Shown: positions 10,130-17,289, counted from the stretch's first letter. The stretch: 20,280 nucleotides of DNA from Promethearchaeota archaeon (GCA_016839745.1 JAEOTS010000055.1:1-20280); one strand, 5' to 3'. Numbers and translations: made by a program. Notes: generated by a model not told the origin, from the sequence alone.

Positions 10130-10248
10130 GTCATCACTTTATATGGAATGTATTCTAATAAGAATTTATGAAAGCAATTGTATATCAATCGATGTACAGA
10201 ATCAAATATAGCAAAGTAGAGGATGTGTTAGAATTATGGAAGATGTGA
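10130..10248 (+). pseudogene. Stub of a fifth MDR gene: promoter plus first codons (MKAIVY...), now a 26-aa mini-ORF 10168-10248 overlapping the next start
   Basis: gtcatcactttatatggaatgtattctaataagaatttATGaaagcaattgtata matches the copy-1 upstream sequence gtcttcaatttatataggatgtattctaataaggacttATGaaagcagttgttta, with the same 22-nt TATA-to-ATG spacing. Confidence 0.75.
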
Positions 10249-10604
10249 AGATAATACTTTCATTCATATGGGTTGCTACAATGTTAGTTTATTTGTTAGG
10301 TGATGTGATGCGAATTTTTGCAGGGGATTTTACACCAGGAGAAATAGAAGGTAAGCCAATGACACAGAAAATGGTGTTTGGAATGGCAATAATAATGCTG
10401 ATTCCGATTGTTATGGTTGTCCTGTCCCTGATATTGGATCATCCAGTAAATAGCGTAGTAAACATCATCGTAGCCATTTTCTGGATTGTGTTTAATCTCG
10501 CTGGAATAAAGGGGTATAAAGCCTATGATAAATTTCTGCTCATTGTAAGTATGGGGTTTAATGTACTTACAGTCTGGTATGCATGGACTCAATTTCTTGT
10601 TTGA
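10236..10604 (+). CDS. Small four-TM membrane protein, DUF6326-like
   Basis: KIILSFIWVATMLVYLLGDV...IPIVMVVLSLIL...VN..VNIIVA...VWYAW pattern recognised as DUF6326; four hydrophobic segments. Confidence 0.7.
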   Translation: MEDVKIILSFIWVATMLVYLLGDVMRIFAGDFTPGEIEGKPMTQKMVFGMAIIMLIPIVMVVLSLILDHPVNSVVNIIVAIFWIVFNLAGIKGYKAYDKFLLIVSMGFNVLTVWYAWTQFLV

Positions 10605-10657
10605 TATCAATTAGCATGGAATAATGGTATTTTTTTGAAAATAAAATGGTGAAAAAA

Positions 10658-11602
10658 ATGGAAAATAAAGAAAAAATGAAAGCTATGGTATATGAAAAAT
10701 ATGGCCCCCCGGAGGTTTTTCATCTCCAAGAGGTAGAAAAACCTGTTCCTAAAGACAATGAAATACTGGTAAAAGTATATGCGACAACAGTAAACGCTGC
10801 TGTAAAGTTAGTTCGAAGTGGTTATCACCCAGATAAAAAGATTTATACATTCGGGCTGCGAATGATGTATGGTATCAGCAAACCAAAAAGACCTATATTA
10901 GGGTATGAGCTTGCTGGGGAAATTGAAGCCGTCGGCAAAGATGTAACACTATTTAAGAAAGGTGACCAAGTTTTTGGAACTACCACCGGGTTGAAAAATG
11001 GTGCTTATGCTGAGTACGTATGCCTGCCAGAAGAATGGAAGGCTGGGATGGTGGCAATAAAACCAACCAACATGACCTATGAGGAAGCAGCCGCCGTTTC
11101 TACAGGGGCGAGCACAGCGTTACATTATCTTAAAACGGCAAACATCCAGAGCGGACAAAAAGTTCTTATCTATGGTGCTTCAGGATGTAACGGTACTTTT
11201 GCAGTACAACTTGCCAAGTACTTTGGAGCAGAAGTTACCGGAGTATGTAGTACCACGAATTTAGAATTGGTCAAATCTCTGGGAGCTGATAAGGTAATCG
11301 ATTATACTAAAGAGGATTTTACAGAAAGTGGAGAGCTTTATGATATTATCTTTGATGCTGTTGGAAAAGATTCATTCTCAAAAGGCGAGAAAGGACTAAC
11401 TCCAAACGGGACTTACGTGACAGTTTTAAAGGGGAGATATAGCGAAAAGAATGAAACTTTAATTTTCCTTAAAGAGATTATTGAGGCGGGGAAGCTAAAA
11501 TCGGCGATAGATAGAAGCTATCCCTTAGAAGAAATGGTCGAGGCTCATACATATGTCGATAAAGGGCATAAAAAGGGGAATGTCGTAATAACTGTGGTGT
11601 AA
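10658..11602 (+). CDS. NAD(P)-dependent MDR-family oxidoreductase, copy 4
   Basis: Same motifs (IYGASGCNG). Start moved from 10646 to ATG 10658 because GGTGA at 10648-10652 precedes it, as in copy 3. Confidence 0.9.
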   Translation: MENKEKMKAMVYEKYGPPEVFHLQEVEKPVPKDNEILVKVYATTVNAAVKLVRSGYHPDKKIYTFGLRMMYGISKPKRPILGYELAGEIEAVGKDVTLFKKGDQVFGTTTGLKNGAYAEYVCLPEEWKAGMVAIKPTNMTYEEAAAVSTGASTALHYLKTANIQSGQKVLIYGASGCNGTFAVQLAKYFGAEVTGVCSTTNLELVKSLGADKVIDYTKEDFTESGELYDIIFDAVGKDSFSKGEKGLTPNGTYVTVLKGRYSEKNETLIFLKEIIEAGKLKSAIDRSYPLEEMVEAHTYVDKGHKKGNVVITVV

Positions 11603-11609
11603 TGACAGA

Positions 11610-11640
11610 ACCTAACAAATCGTTGCAAATGATGGCGGTG
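11610..11640 (+). other. Possible degenerate left arm of an integron attC site
   Basis: ACCTAAC (RYYYAAC, R'' box) followed by AAATCGTTGCAAATGATGGCGG, just after the last MDR stop. No matching GTTRRRY arm is seen before the toxin gene. Confidence 0.3.
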
Positions 11641-11695
11641 GATGTGCTGAATGTATCTGTCTTCATAAACTAATAATAACTTCACTCTATTTCAT

Positions 11696-11986
11696 TTAAA
11701 ACTTAGCGTCAATAATTCTCGAGCCGTGAAATAATCTTACTATTTGAATTTTTTTTTCTGAAATTCTATAAATAATACGGTAATTTTTTAAGATTAATTC
11801 GCGAATATCAGGTTCATCGAGTTCGGGTACAATTCTACCCATTTTCGGAAATTGTATTAAATTCTCAATTTTCTCCCGTACTTGTTCATAAAACGAAAGA
11901 GCATATTCAAGTGAATCTTGAGCAATATAATCTATAATTTCAAACAAATCATTTTCTGCTTTAAATGACCATTCTATTTCAGCCAT
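11696..11986 (-). CDS. Type II toxin, RelE/ParE family
   Basis: IEWSFKAENDLFEIIDYIAQDS...L.QFPKMGRIVPEL....IRELILKNYRIIYRI....IQIVRLFHGSR is a canonical RelE/ParE pattern. Confidence 0.9.
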   Translation of the reverse strand: MAEIEWSFKAENDLFEIIDYIAQDSLEYALSFYEQVREKIENLIQFPKMGRIVPELDEPDIRELILKNYRIIYRISEKKIQIVRLFHGSRIIDAKF

Positions 11987-12174
11987 TGTTCTAATCTCTT
12001 TTTAGCATTTTCCATGACTTGTTCGTGAGGGATTACTTTACCATACTCAATTTCCTCAATACCAGCTATGATCTTTTTTTTGACATAAAGATGATACATG
12101 ATATCATCAATCGTAGCATTTTCTGGCAATTTTTTTATCAGTTCTATAATCTCTTCCTTAAGATTAGAAGTCAT
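11974..12174 (-). CDS. Cognate antitoxin (addiction-module component)
   Basis: 66 aa, KEEIIELIKKLPENATIDDIMYHLYV..KI..GIEEIE.GKVIPHEQV; lies upstream of the toxin and overlaps it by 13 nt. Confidence 0.8.
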   Translation of the reverse strand: MTSNLKEEIIELIKKLPENATIDDIMYHLYVKKKIIAGIEEIEYGKVIPHEQVMENAKKRLEQWLK

Positions 12175-12241
12175 ACTATATCACTATCTAAATAATTATA
12201 TAGACTTTTATATTTTCTTATCTAAAGATAGAGAATTATTT

Positions 12242-12450
12242 TTATTCAGGTATAATAATTGTTGTATCTTCCTTGATTCTATCGAGAACAATTTGTGTTT
12301 TTACCTCTTCCACTCCCGAAGATTTCGTAATTTTTCAAATAGATTCATAGAATCTTCGTGATCCAAACATTTGGCCATTATAAAGAGAGGGTATTCACCC
12401 GTAATAATATAACCGTATTTGATTTTTTCCGTGTTTTCTATCTTTGTTTG
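12242..12450 (-). pseudogene. Displaced, frameshifted copy of the 3' end of the lrp/asnC gene (homologous to 16293-16502)
   Basis: Translates QTKIENTEKIKYGYIITGEYPLFIMAKCLDHEDSMNLFEKLRNL / GVEEVKTQIVLDRIKEDTTIIIPE* with a 1-nt deletion near 12318. About 35 differences in 210 nt by hand alignment, mostly third-codon positions. No start codon or HTH half. Confidence 0.92.
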
Positions 12451-12454
12451 ATAA

Positions 12455-13018
12455 TTAGGTAGGTTTTCGTTTCCAAATTTTCATCGATTCAAAAATGAAT
12501 ACACAAGTGCAATAAATTATAAAAAACAGAAAAAGTAGGCTCGCAGGATGGGTAATAAACACATCACCATATATTCTTGCTAGAAATATATATCCTATAA
12601 TCCCCAGCATATTAACAACTAAGTATAAAGAATATCGGGGAATCATTAAAGGTCCTAAGCGAAAATAAAATCCTAACACACCCTTTTTTACACCTTCCAA
12701 CACATAATATTTTCCATCTTCATCGTTTTTTGAAATAATTCCTGCCTTCATTAATTTATCCAATTGATAAGCTACCGTTCCAGAAGACACCATTTTTAAT
12801 GCCTTCTGAATTTCCCTTACTCCCGCGCGATGATGAGACAAAATATACCAATATACTTGGAGAGTCTTACCATGCAATACTTTTTCCCGATTATCCTTTT
12901 TTTTTTGTGCTTTTACATCAGGATCTGACATTGGGAGTAAGGTTTCATTTTTTGATTTCGATGATACAAATTTTATTGCAAGTCCTTCCTTTTTATACTT
13001 TCGTGCTTCTGGTGTCAT
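12455..13018 (-). CDS. Membrane-anchored winged-helix (ArsR-like) transcription regulator with two C-terminal TM helices
   Basis: LHGKTLQVYWYIL...AGVREIQKALKMVSSGTVAYQLDKLMKAGIISK...GKYYV wHTH followed by two hydrophobic helices. ATGA overlap with the upstream NosD gene; the true start could be the internal Met (MSDPD). Confidence 0.8.
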   Translation of the reverse strand: MTPEARKYKKEGLAIKFVSSKSKNETLLPMSDPDVKAQKKKDNREKVLHGKTLQVYWYILSHHRAGVREIQKALKMVSSGTVAYQLDKLMKAGIISKNDEDGKYYVLEGVKKGVLGFYFRLGPLMIPRYSLYLVVNMLGIIGYIFLARIYGDVFITHPASLLFLFFIIYCTCVFIFESMKIWKRKPT

Positions 13019-14931
13019 AAGAACTCCAAGTCCTGCTGGGGTTTTTTAAACCTTTTACGATTTTGATATATTATAAAAACAGAAACTCCAAGGATTGGGA
13101 TACTTATAATGAGAATAATTGGAAAGTAATTTAATGTTAGTTCAAGTGTACCACAATCATTATCTTGAATTACATTTCCTTCGCAATACAATTCTATGAT
13201 GCATCCCCCCTGATTTCCTATTAAAACATTTTCCGAAATGAAGTTGTTATTACTATATTCTAACATTATTCCAACAAAATCGTTGTAATTTGCGGTGTTT
13301 CCCGAAATGGTGTTGGTATTACTATAATCTAAATCTATCCCATGATAGTTGTAATTTGCGGTGTTTCCCGAAATGGCGTTATTATTGCTATATTCTAACA
13401 ATATCCCACGATAGTTGTAATTTGCGGTGTTTCCCGAAATGGTGTTGGTATTACAGTAGTATAATGAAAGTCCATTAGTAGTGTGAGAAATATTCAAGTT
13501 TGATATTAATGATCCATGACAATTGACCAATATAACTTGGCCTGTATTCGTAAAATTGCTTGGTCCTAAATTTATTTCATTAGCGTAATAATACAATGGT
13601 TTTCCATTCACTAGATTTGATGTATCAATATTATGGGAACTTAGGGTATCAAATGACCCATATATACGTAATCCACACCCATTCATTATGTTTCCCGAAA
13701 CGGTGATACTGTTACCATTTATGCATATACCATTATAATTGTTGTTGTTTGCGATGTTTCCCGAAACGGTGTTATTATCACTATAATGTAATTCTATCCC
13801 ATGGCTGTTGTTATTTACGGTGTTTCCCGAAACGGTGTTAATATCACTCCAATATAAATATATCCCGTAAAAATTGTTATTTGCGGTGTTTCCCGAAACG
13901 GTGTTATTATTACTACCCCTCAAATATATCCCACGATAGTTGTAATTTGCGGTGTTTCCCGAAACATTGTTATTATTGCTAGAGGATAAATATATCCCAT
14001 TATCGCTATGGTTATTTGCGGTGTTTCCCGAAATGGTGTTATTTTCACTATTAAGTAATTCTAGCCCATCGCACTTGTTGTTATTTGCGGTGTTTCCCGA
14101 AACGGTGTTATTATCACTAGAATGTAACACTAGCCCATTGCGCTTGTTGTTATTTAGGGTGTTTCCCTCTATTATGTTGTAATTACTATCATCATATAAA
14201 TATATTCCCCATTCATTGTTATTTAGGGTGTTTCCCGAAATCATGTTATGATTACTTTCATCGAAATATATCCCGCCTGAATATATCCCGCTTACGAAAT
14301 TATTACATGCGGTGTTCTCCGAAATGATGTTATTACTGCTCCACGCTAAGTATATCCCCCACCATAGATTGTTATTTATAGTGTTTCCCGAGATAGTGTT
14401 ATAATAACTATCAGCAAAATATATTCCACCCCCATTGTTATTTACGATATTTCCAGTTATTGTGTTGTTATAATTATTATAGAACAGATATATCGAACAA
14501 TAATTAGATGAAAAATTGTTACCAATTAATTGGGAATTATTAACGTTCGATAATCGGATTCCAGCCCCCCATTCCGACCCTGATTCCGTTCCGTATAAAG
14601 TACAATTTTCAATCTTAAAATACACATCAGAATTTTCAATAAAGATACAACTTCCCGAACCCCCAGCATCTATCACCAAATCTTCTATGACATATGGCTC
14701 TGAATAAGTGCCATTCCCTGTACAAATTCCCGCACTCCAGGCATCAGTCCAATTATTGTCAATATGGATTTTTCCCGTTGTTGCTGAAATTTTTAGATTT
14801 TCCATATCAAGATTAATGACATTGTTGTTGCTCGTAATCACACTTGGATTAATGGTAATCTTTAGTGCTAAAGCGAAAAGGATTCCTAAAGTGAATAAAA
14901 TTATTATTGTTAATTTTGCATTTGATTTCAT
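13015..14931 (-). CDS. NosD/PbH1 beta-helix surface protein with signal anchor, C-terminal TM helix and short cytoplasmic tail
   Basis: GNGTYSEPYVIEDLVIDAGGSGSCI, many N.(V/I)SGNTANN repeats, NLVNGKPLYYY, TM then NRKRFKKPQQDLEFL. GGTGA RBS. Confidence 0.85.
   Translation of the reverse strand: MKSNAKLTIIILFTLGILFALALKITINPSVITSNNNVINLDMENLKISATTGKIHIDNNWTDAWSAGICTGNGTYSEPYVIEDLVIDAGGSGSCIFIENSDVYFKIENCTLYGTESGSEWGAGIRLSNVNNSQLIGNNFSSNYCSIYLFYNNYNNTITGNIVNNNGGGIYFADSYYNTISGNTINNNLWWGIYLAWSSNNIISENTACNNFVSGIYSGGIYFDESNHNMISGNTLNNNEWGIYLYDDSNYNIIEGNTLNNNKRNGLVLHSSDNNTVSGNTANNNKCDGLELLNSENNTISGNTANNHSDNGIYLSSSNNNNVSGNTANYNYRGIYLRGSNNNTVSGNTANNNFYGIYLYWSDINTVSGNTVNNNSHGIELHYSDNNTVSGNIANNNNYNGICINGNSITVSGNIMNGCGLRIYGSFDTLSSHNIDTSNLVNGKPLYYYANEINLGPSNFTNTGQVILVNCHGSLISNLNISHTTNGLSLYYCNTNTISGNTANYNYRGILLEYSNNNAISGNTANYNYHGIDLDYSNTNTISGNTANYNDFVGIMLEYSNNNFISENVLIGNQGGCIIELYCEGNVIQDNDCGTLELTLNYFPIILIISIPILGVSVFIIYQNRKRFKKPQQDLEFL
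13282..14400 (-). repeat. In-frame 66/69-bp tandem repeats encoding beta-helix rungs
   Basis: Core GTTTCCCGA recurs at 13297, 13363, 13429, 13690, 13756, 13822, 13888, 13954, 14023, 14092, 14230 and 14383. Confidence 0.9.
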
Positions 14932-15006
14932 ATTGGTTTCACCATTATATTATTATATTATTTTTGGATGTGATTTCGTTTTAGTTTCTCCAAAATTTGA
15001 TTTGTG

Positions 15007-15146
15007 AGACTTATTTGTCAAATGATTAATTGTTTTAATACCTTAAAAAAGTATTTTCTGAACGCTATGTTCAGCGATTTGAACAGTTTAAAATTATCTT
15101 ATAATTTTTTTAAGAGGAGGTGTTTTTCAGCAGAGAAAGGTGATTT
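15007..15146. repeat. Copy 1 of a 140-bp direct repeat (putative promoter/operator module)
   Basis: 15041-15146 versus 15997-16102 shows 4 mismatches in 106 bp; weaker ungapped similarity extends to 15007/15963. Offset 956 bp. Confidence 0.92.
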
Positions 15147-15272
15147 TAATATCTTAATTATCCCTTCTTCAGTAATATTAGCTAATTTTGAGATTCTTTT
15201 AATAGTCATTTCTTTATTCTGAGCTCGTTCATACTCTTGAACTATATCTCCAAACATCCATTTTTTCGGCAT
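15099..15272 (-). CDS. Small HTH-like protein, 57 aa (not in ORF track; C-terminus reads into the repeat)
   Basis: Hand translation MPKKWMFGDIVQEYERAQNKEMTIKRISKLANITEEGIIKILKSPFSAEKHLLLKKL*. TIKRISKLANITEEGIIKIL fits a helix-turn-helix pattern. Confidence 0.45.
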   Translation of the reverse strand: MPKKWMFGDIVQEYERAQNKEMTIKRISKLANITEEGIIKILKSPFSAEKHLLLKKL

Positions 15273-15365
15273 TATGTTTCGAATTTATGATAAAAAAAAT
15301 TAGTTAAAAGCTATTGAAATTAATATAAATCCCTCCCGCTTTAGAGTTCGCATTAATTATAGCTT

Positions 15366-15439
15366 TCTTGTAAGGGTAAAACTATGCTGGATACTACTTG
15401 TTAGCTGGATGATGAGGATCTCTTGTAAGGGTAAAACTA
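15366..15439. repeat. Perfect 19-bp direct repeat TCTTGTAAGGGTAAAACTA (15366-15384 and 15421-15439) at the 3' end of the 174-aa gene
   Basis: Seen directly; 36 bp separate the copies. Confidence 0.9.
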
Positions 15440-15918
15440 ACAATTACTTCTAATGTTTCTGTTAATAAATCCCCACGTTTCCAGATCTCATAACATGGAA
15501 CATCAATAAAAGTTACAGTAAGAATCTTGGTTTTTTTGTCCTTATGGACCTCACCGCCTCTTATTTCAATAAAATATTCGTAAAAGTAATCGTCTCCTCC
15601 TTCTCCCCACCAAAATTGAACTAAATATATATCGCGCCCAATGCCGTTCATATATATATGACCAGTATATGTCCCAGGCTCAAATACTGTCTGAAATACT
15701 TCAGACAAGGTCATTGTATATATTGCATATGGATAATCGTTCGGACCACCGGCTACAACTTCCTGTGAACCTTCCAAGTCCCCGGTAAAAGTTACCCACT
15801 CGTACCTTGGATCTCGTTTGCTCCAACCAAAACTTACGAAAATCAAGGTAATTGAAAGAATTAAGACTATTGAAAGAATTAGTCTTGGAATTACTTTAGA
15901 TTTCATTATAGATTTCAT
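15394..15918 (-). CDS. Hypothetical secreted or N-terminally anchored protein, beta-rich
   Basis: 174 aa, N-terminal hydrophobic helix, strong AAGGAGGT RBS. Family not recognised. Confidence 0.7.
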   Translation of the reverse strand: MKSIMKSKVIPRLILSIVLILSITLIFVSFGWSKRDPRYEWVTFTGDLEGSQEVVAGGPNDYPYAIYTMTLSEVFQTVFEPGTYTGHIYMNGIGRDIYLVQFWWGEGGDDYFYEYFIEIRGGEVHKDKKTKILTVTFIDVPCYEIWKRGDLLTETLEVIVSFTLTRDPHHPANK

Positions 15919-15962
15919 CAGACCTCCTTAAATATTATTTTTAATTTTGTATTAATTTTATA

Positions 15963-16102
15963 AGACATATTTGTCAAATAATTATTTATTATACTTCCTT
16001 AAAAAAGTATTTTCTGAACGTTCTGTTCAGCGATTTGAACAGTTTAAATTTATCTTATAATTTTTTTAAGAGGGGGTGTTTTTCAGCAGAGAAAGGTGAT
16101 TT
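15963..16102. repeat. Copy 2 of the 140-bp direct repeat
   Basis: See 15007-15146. Contains TATTTG-T-CAAATA (15968-15980) and CTGAAC-N5-GTTCAG. Confidence 0.92.
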
Positions 16103-16292
16103 CCCTTTATTCCACTAAATCTATAATAAATATTTATGTACGATTTTTGTTTTAGGGTAATAACAGTGTAGAGAAGAGAAAAAATTTTATTCCAGCATGA
16201 ACCTCTCTAATTAATCGTACTGATGAATTTAAAGTTTTTAAATTGTAGAATGAGATCACTTAAGATGAGTGAGAATAATAAACCATCTATTT

Positions 16293-16793
16293 TTATTCAG
16301 GAATAATAATAGTCGTATCTTCCTTGATTCTATCGAGGACGATTTGGGTTTTTACTTCTTCCACACCTGGAAGATTTCGCAGTTTTTCAATGAGTTTCAT
16401 AGAATCCTCATGATCTAAGCATTTAGCCATGATAAAAAGAGGGTATTCACCTGTAACTACATATCCGTATTTGATTTTGTCTATTTTCTCTATTTTTGCT
16501 TTTACTTGTTCAATTGGTTCCTGTGAGTTAACTCTCAACGACGCCATAACCATTTCCCTGTATCCTAAATGACGACAATCAATTAAAGCTACGTACTTTT
16601 TGATTAATGTCTCTTCTAATTTTTGAACGCGAGCCCTAATTGCTGTAGCACTTTTTGGTTTATCTAATCCTAATCTATCAGAAACCTTTTCAGCAATCTT
16701 ATTAATTGTTATTTTTCCATCGTTTTGTAATAAATCTAATATTTCTCGATCAACTTCATCTATATCTATCGGTTTTGTATTATCAGTAGCCAT
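16293..16793 (-). CDS. Lrp/AsnC family transcription regulator
   Basis: IDEVDREILDLLQNDGK, HTH, YVALID...LG and a C-terminal RAM domain (YVVTGEY...LRNLPGVEEVKT). ATG 16793 preferred over TTG 16799 on GGAG spacing. Confidence 0.92.
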   Translation of the reverse strand: MATDNTKPIDIDEVDREILDLLQNDGKITINKIAEKVSDRLGLDKPKSATAIRARVQKLEETLIKKYVALIDCRHLGYREMVMASLRVNSQEPIEQVKAKIEKIDKIKYGYVVTGEYPLFIMAKCLDHEDSMKLIEKLRNLPGVEEVKTQIVLDRIKEDTTIIIPE

Positions 16794-16842
16794 CTTCAAT
16801 ACTCCAAATTTTTAATATTCAATTATAAAATAGTATATACTT

Positions 16843-16877
16843 ACTTATAACTTTTTTCACTACAATTGATGATCAAT
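16843..16877 (-). promoter_or_regulatory. BRE-TATA for lrp plus an adjacent 13-bp palindrome (candidate operator)
   Basis: Minus strand GAAAAAAG-TTATAAGT at 16843-16858; ATTGAT-G-ATCAAT at 16865-16877. Confidence 0.5.
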
Positions 16878-17034
16878 CTAGTTTTTTTCTCTAATTAAAG
16901 GTGATTCTTATAAACAAAAAAACTATGATTTAAATACTGGTCTGCATTTTAAATCTACAAGGAATATCAGATATAAACTTTATTTGGTATAAAACTAAAA
17001 AAAATAAAAAAAATATCTAAAAAAGTTGAAAAAA

Positions 17035-17259
17035 ATGGCAGATTTAACACTTAATGCGGTAGGAAAAAAATGCCCAATGCCTGTCCTCATGACTAAAAAG
17101 GAATTAAAGAAAATGAGTTCAGGTCAAACTCTAGAATTGATTGTCGACGACAAAGGAGCCTTAAAAGACGTACCTGCTCTTATTAAAAAGACCGGGGATG
17201 CAATAGTCGAGACTAATGAAGATAACGAACATATAACCTTTACAATTCAAAAAGCTTAA
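17035..17259 (+). CDS. tusA: TusA/SirA-family sulfur carrier
   Basis: LNAVGKKCPMPVLMTKKELKKM..GQTLELIVDD.GA..DVP, with the CPxP active-site motif. Confidence 0.93.
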   Translation: MADLTLNAVGKKCPMPVLMTKKELKKMSSGQTLELIVDDKGALKDVPALIKKTGDAIVETNEDNEHITFTIQKA

Positions 17260-17289
17260 ACCTTAGACTTACGAGAAAAGTGATTAGCG

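Larger units (their letters stand above)
12451..16292. mobile_element. Putative genomic islet inserted at the lrp gene (bounded by the duplicated lrp 3' end); no integrase present
   Basis: Direct-orientation duplication of the lrp 3' end on both sides; cargo is accessory surface and regulatory genes. Confidence 0.55.

Noticed and set aside
10079-10130. attC site after MDR copy 3
   Set aside because: Only a weak AT-rich hairpin; no proper RYYYAAC/GTTRRRY pair.
570-11666. Numerous 60-104 aa ORFs antisense to or nested in larger genes (e.g. 570-812, 7090-7302, 10296-10610, 11079-11264)
   Set aside because: Overlap well-supported genes and show no independent coding signal.
12098-12361. 87-aa plus-strand ORF
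   Set aside because: Antisense to the antitoxin and the lrp fragment, which explain the region.
13282-14400. 66-bp periodic repeats resembling a CRISPR array
   Set aside because: They are in frame within a 638-aa ORF, the 'spacers' are homologous and encode beta-helix rungs, and there are no cas genes.
13015-14931. Diversity-generating retroelement target (Asn-codon-rich repeats)
   Set aside because: No reverse transcriptase or separate non-coding template repeat in the window, and differences are not confined to adenines.
15004-15222. 72-aa plus-strand ORF (and 14708-15007)
   Set aside because: Runs through the non-coding repeat and antisense to better-supported minus-strand ORFs; no recognisable motif.
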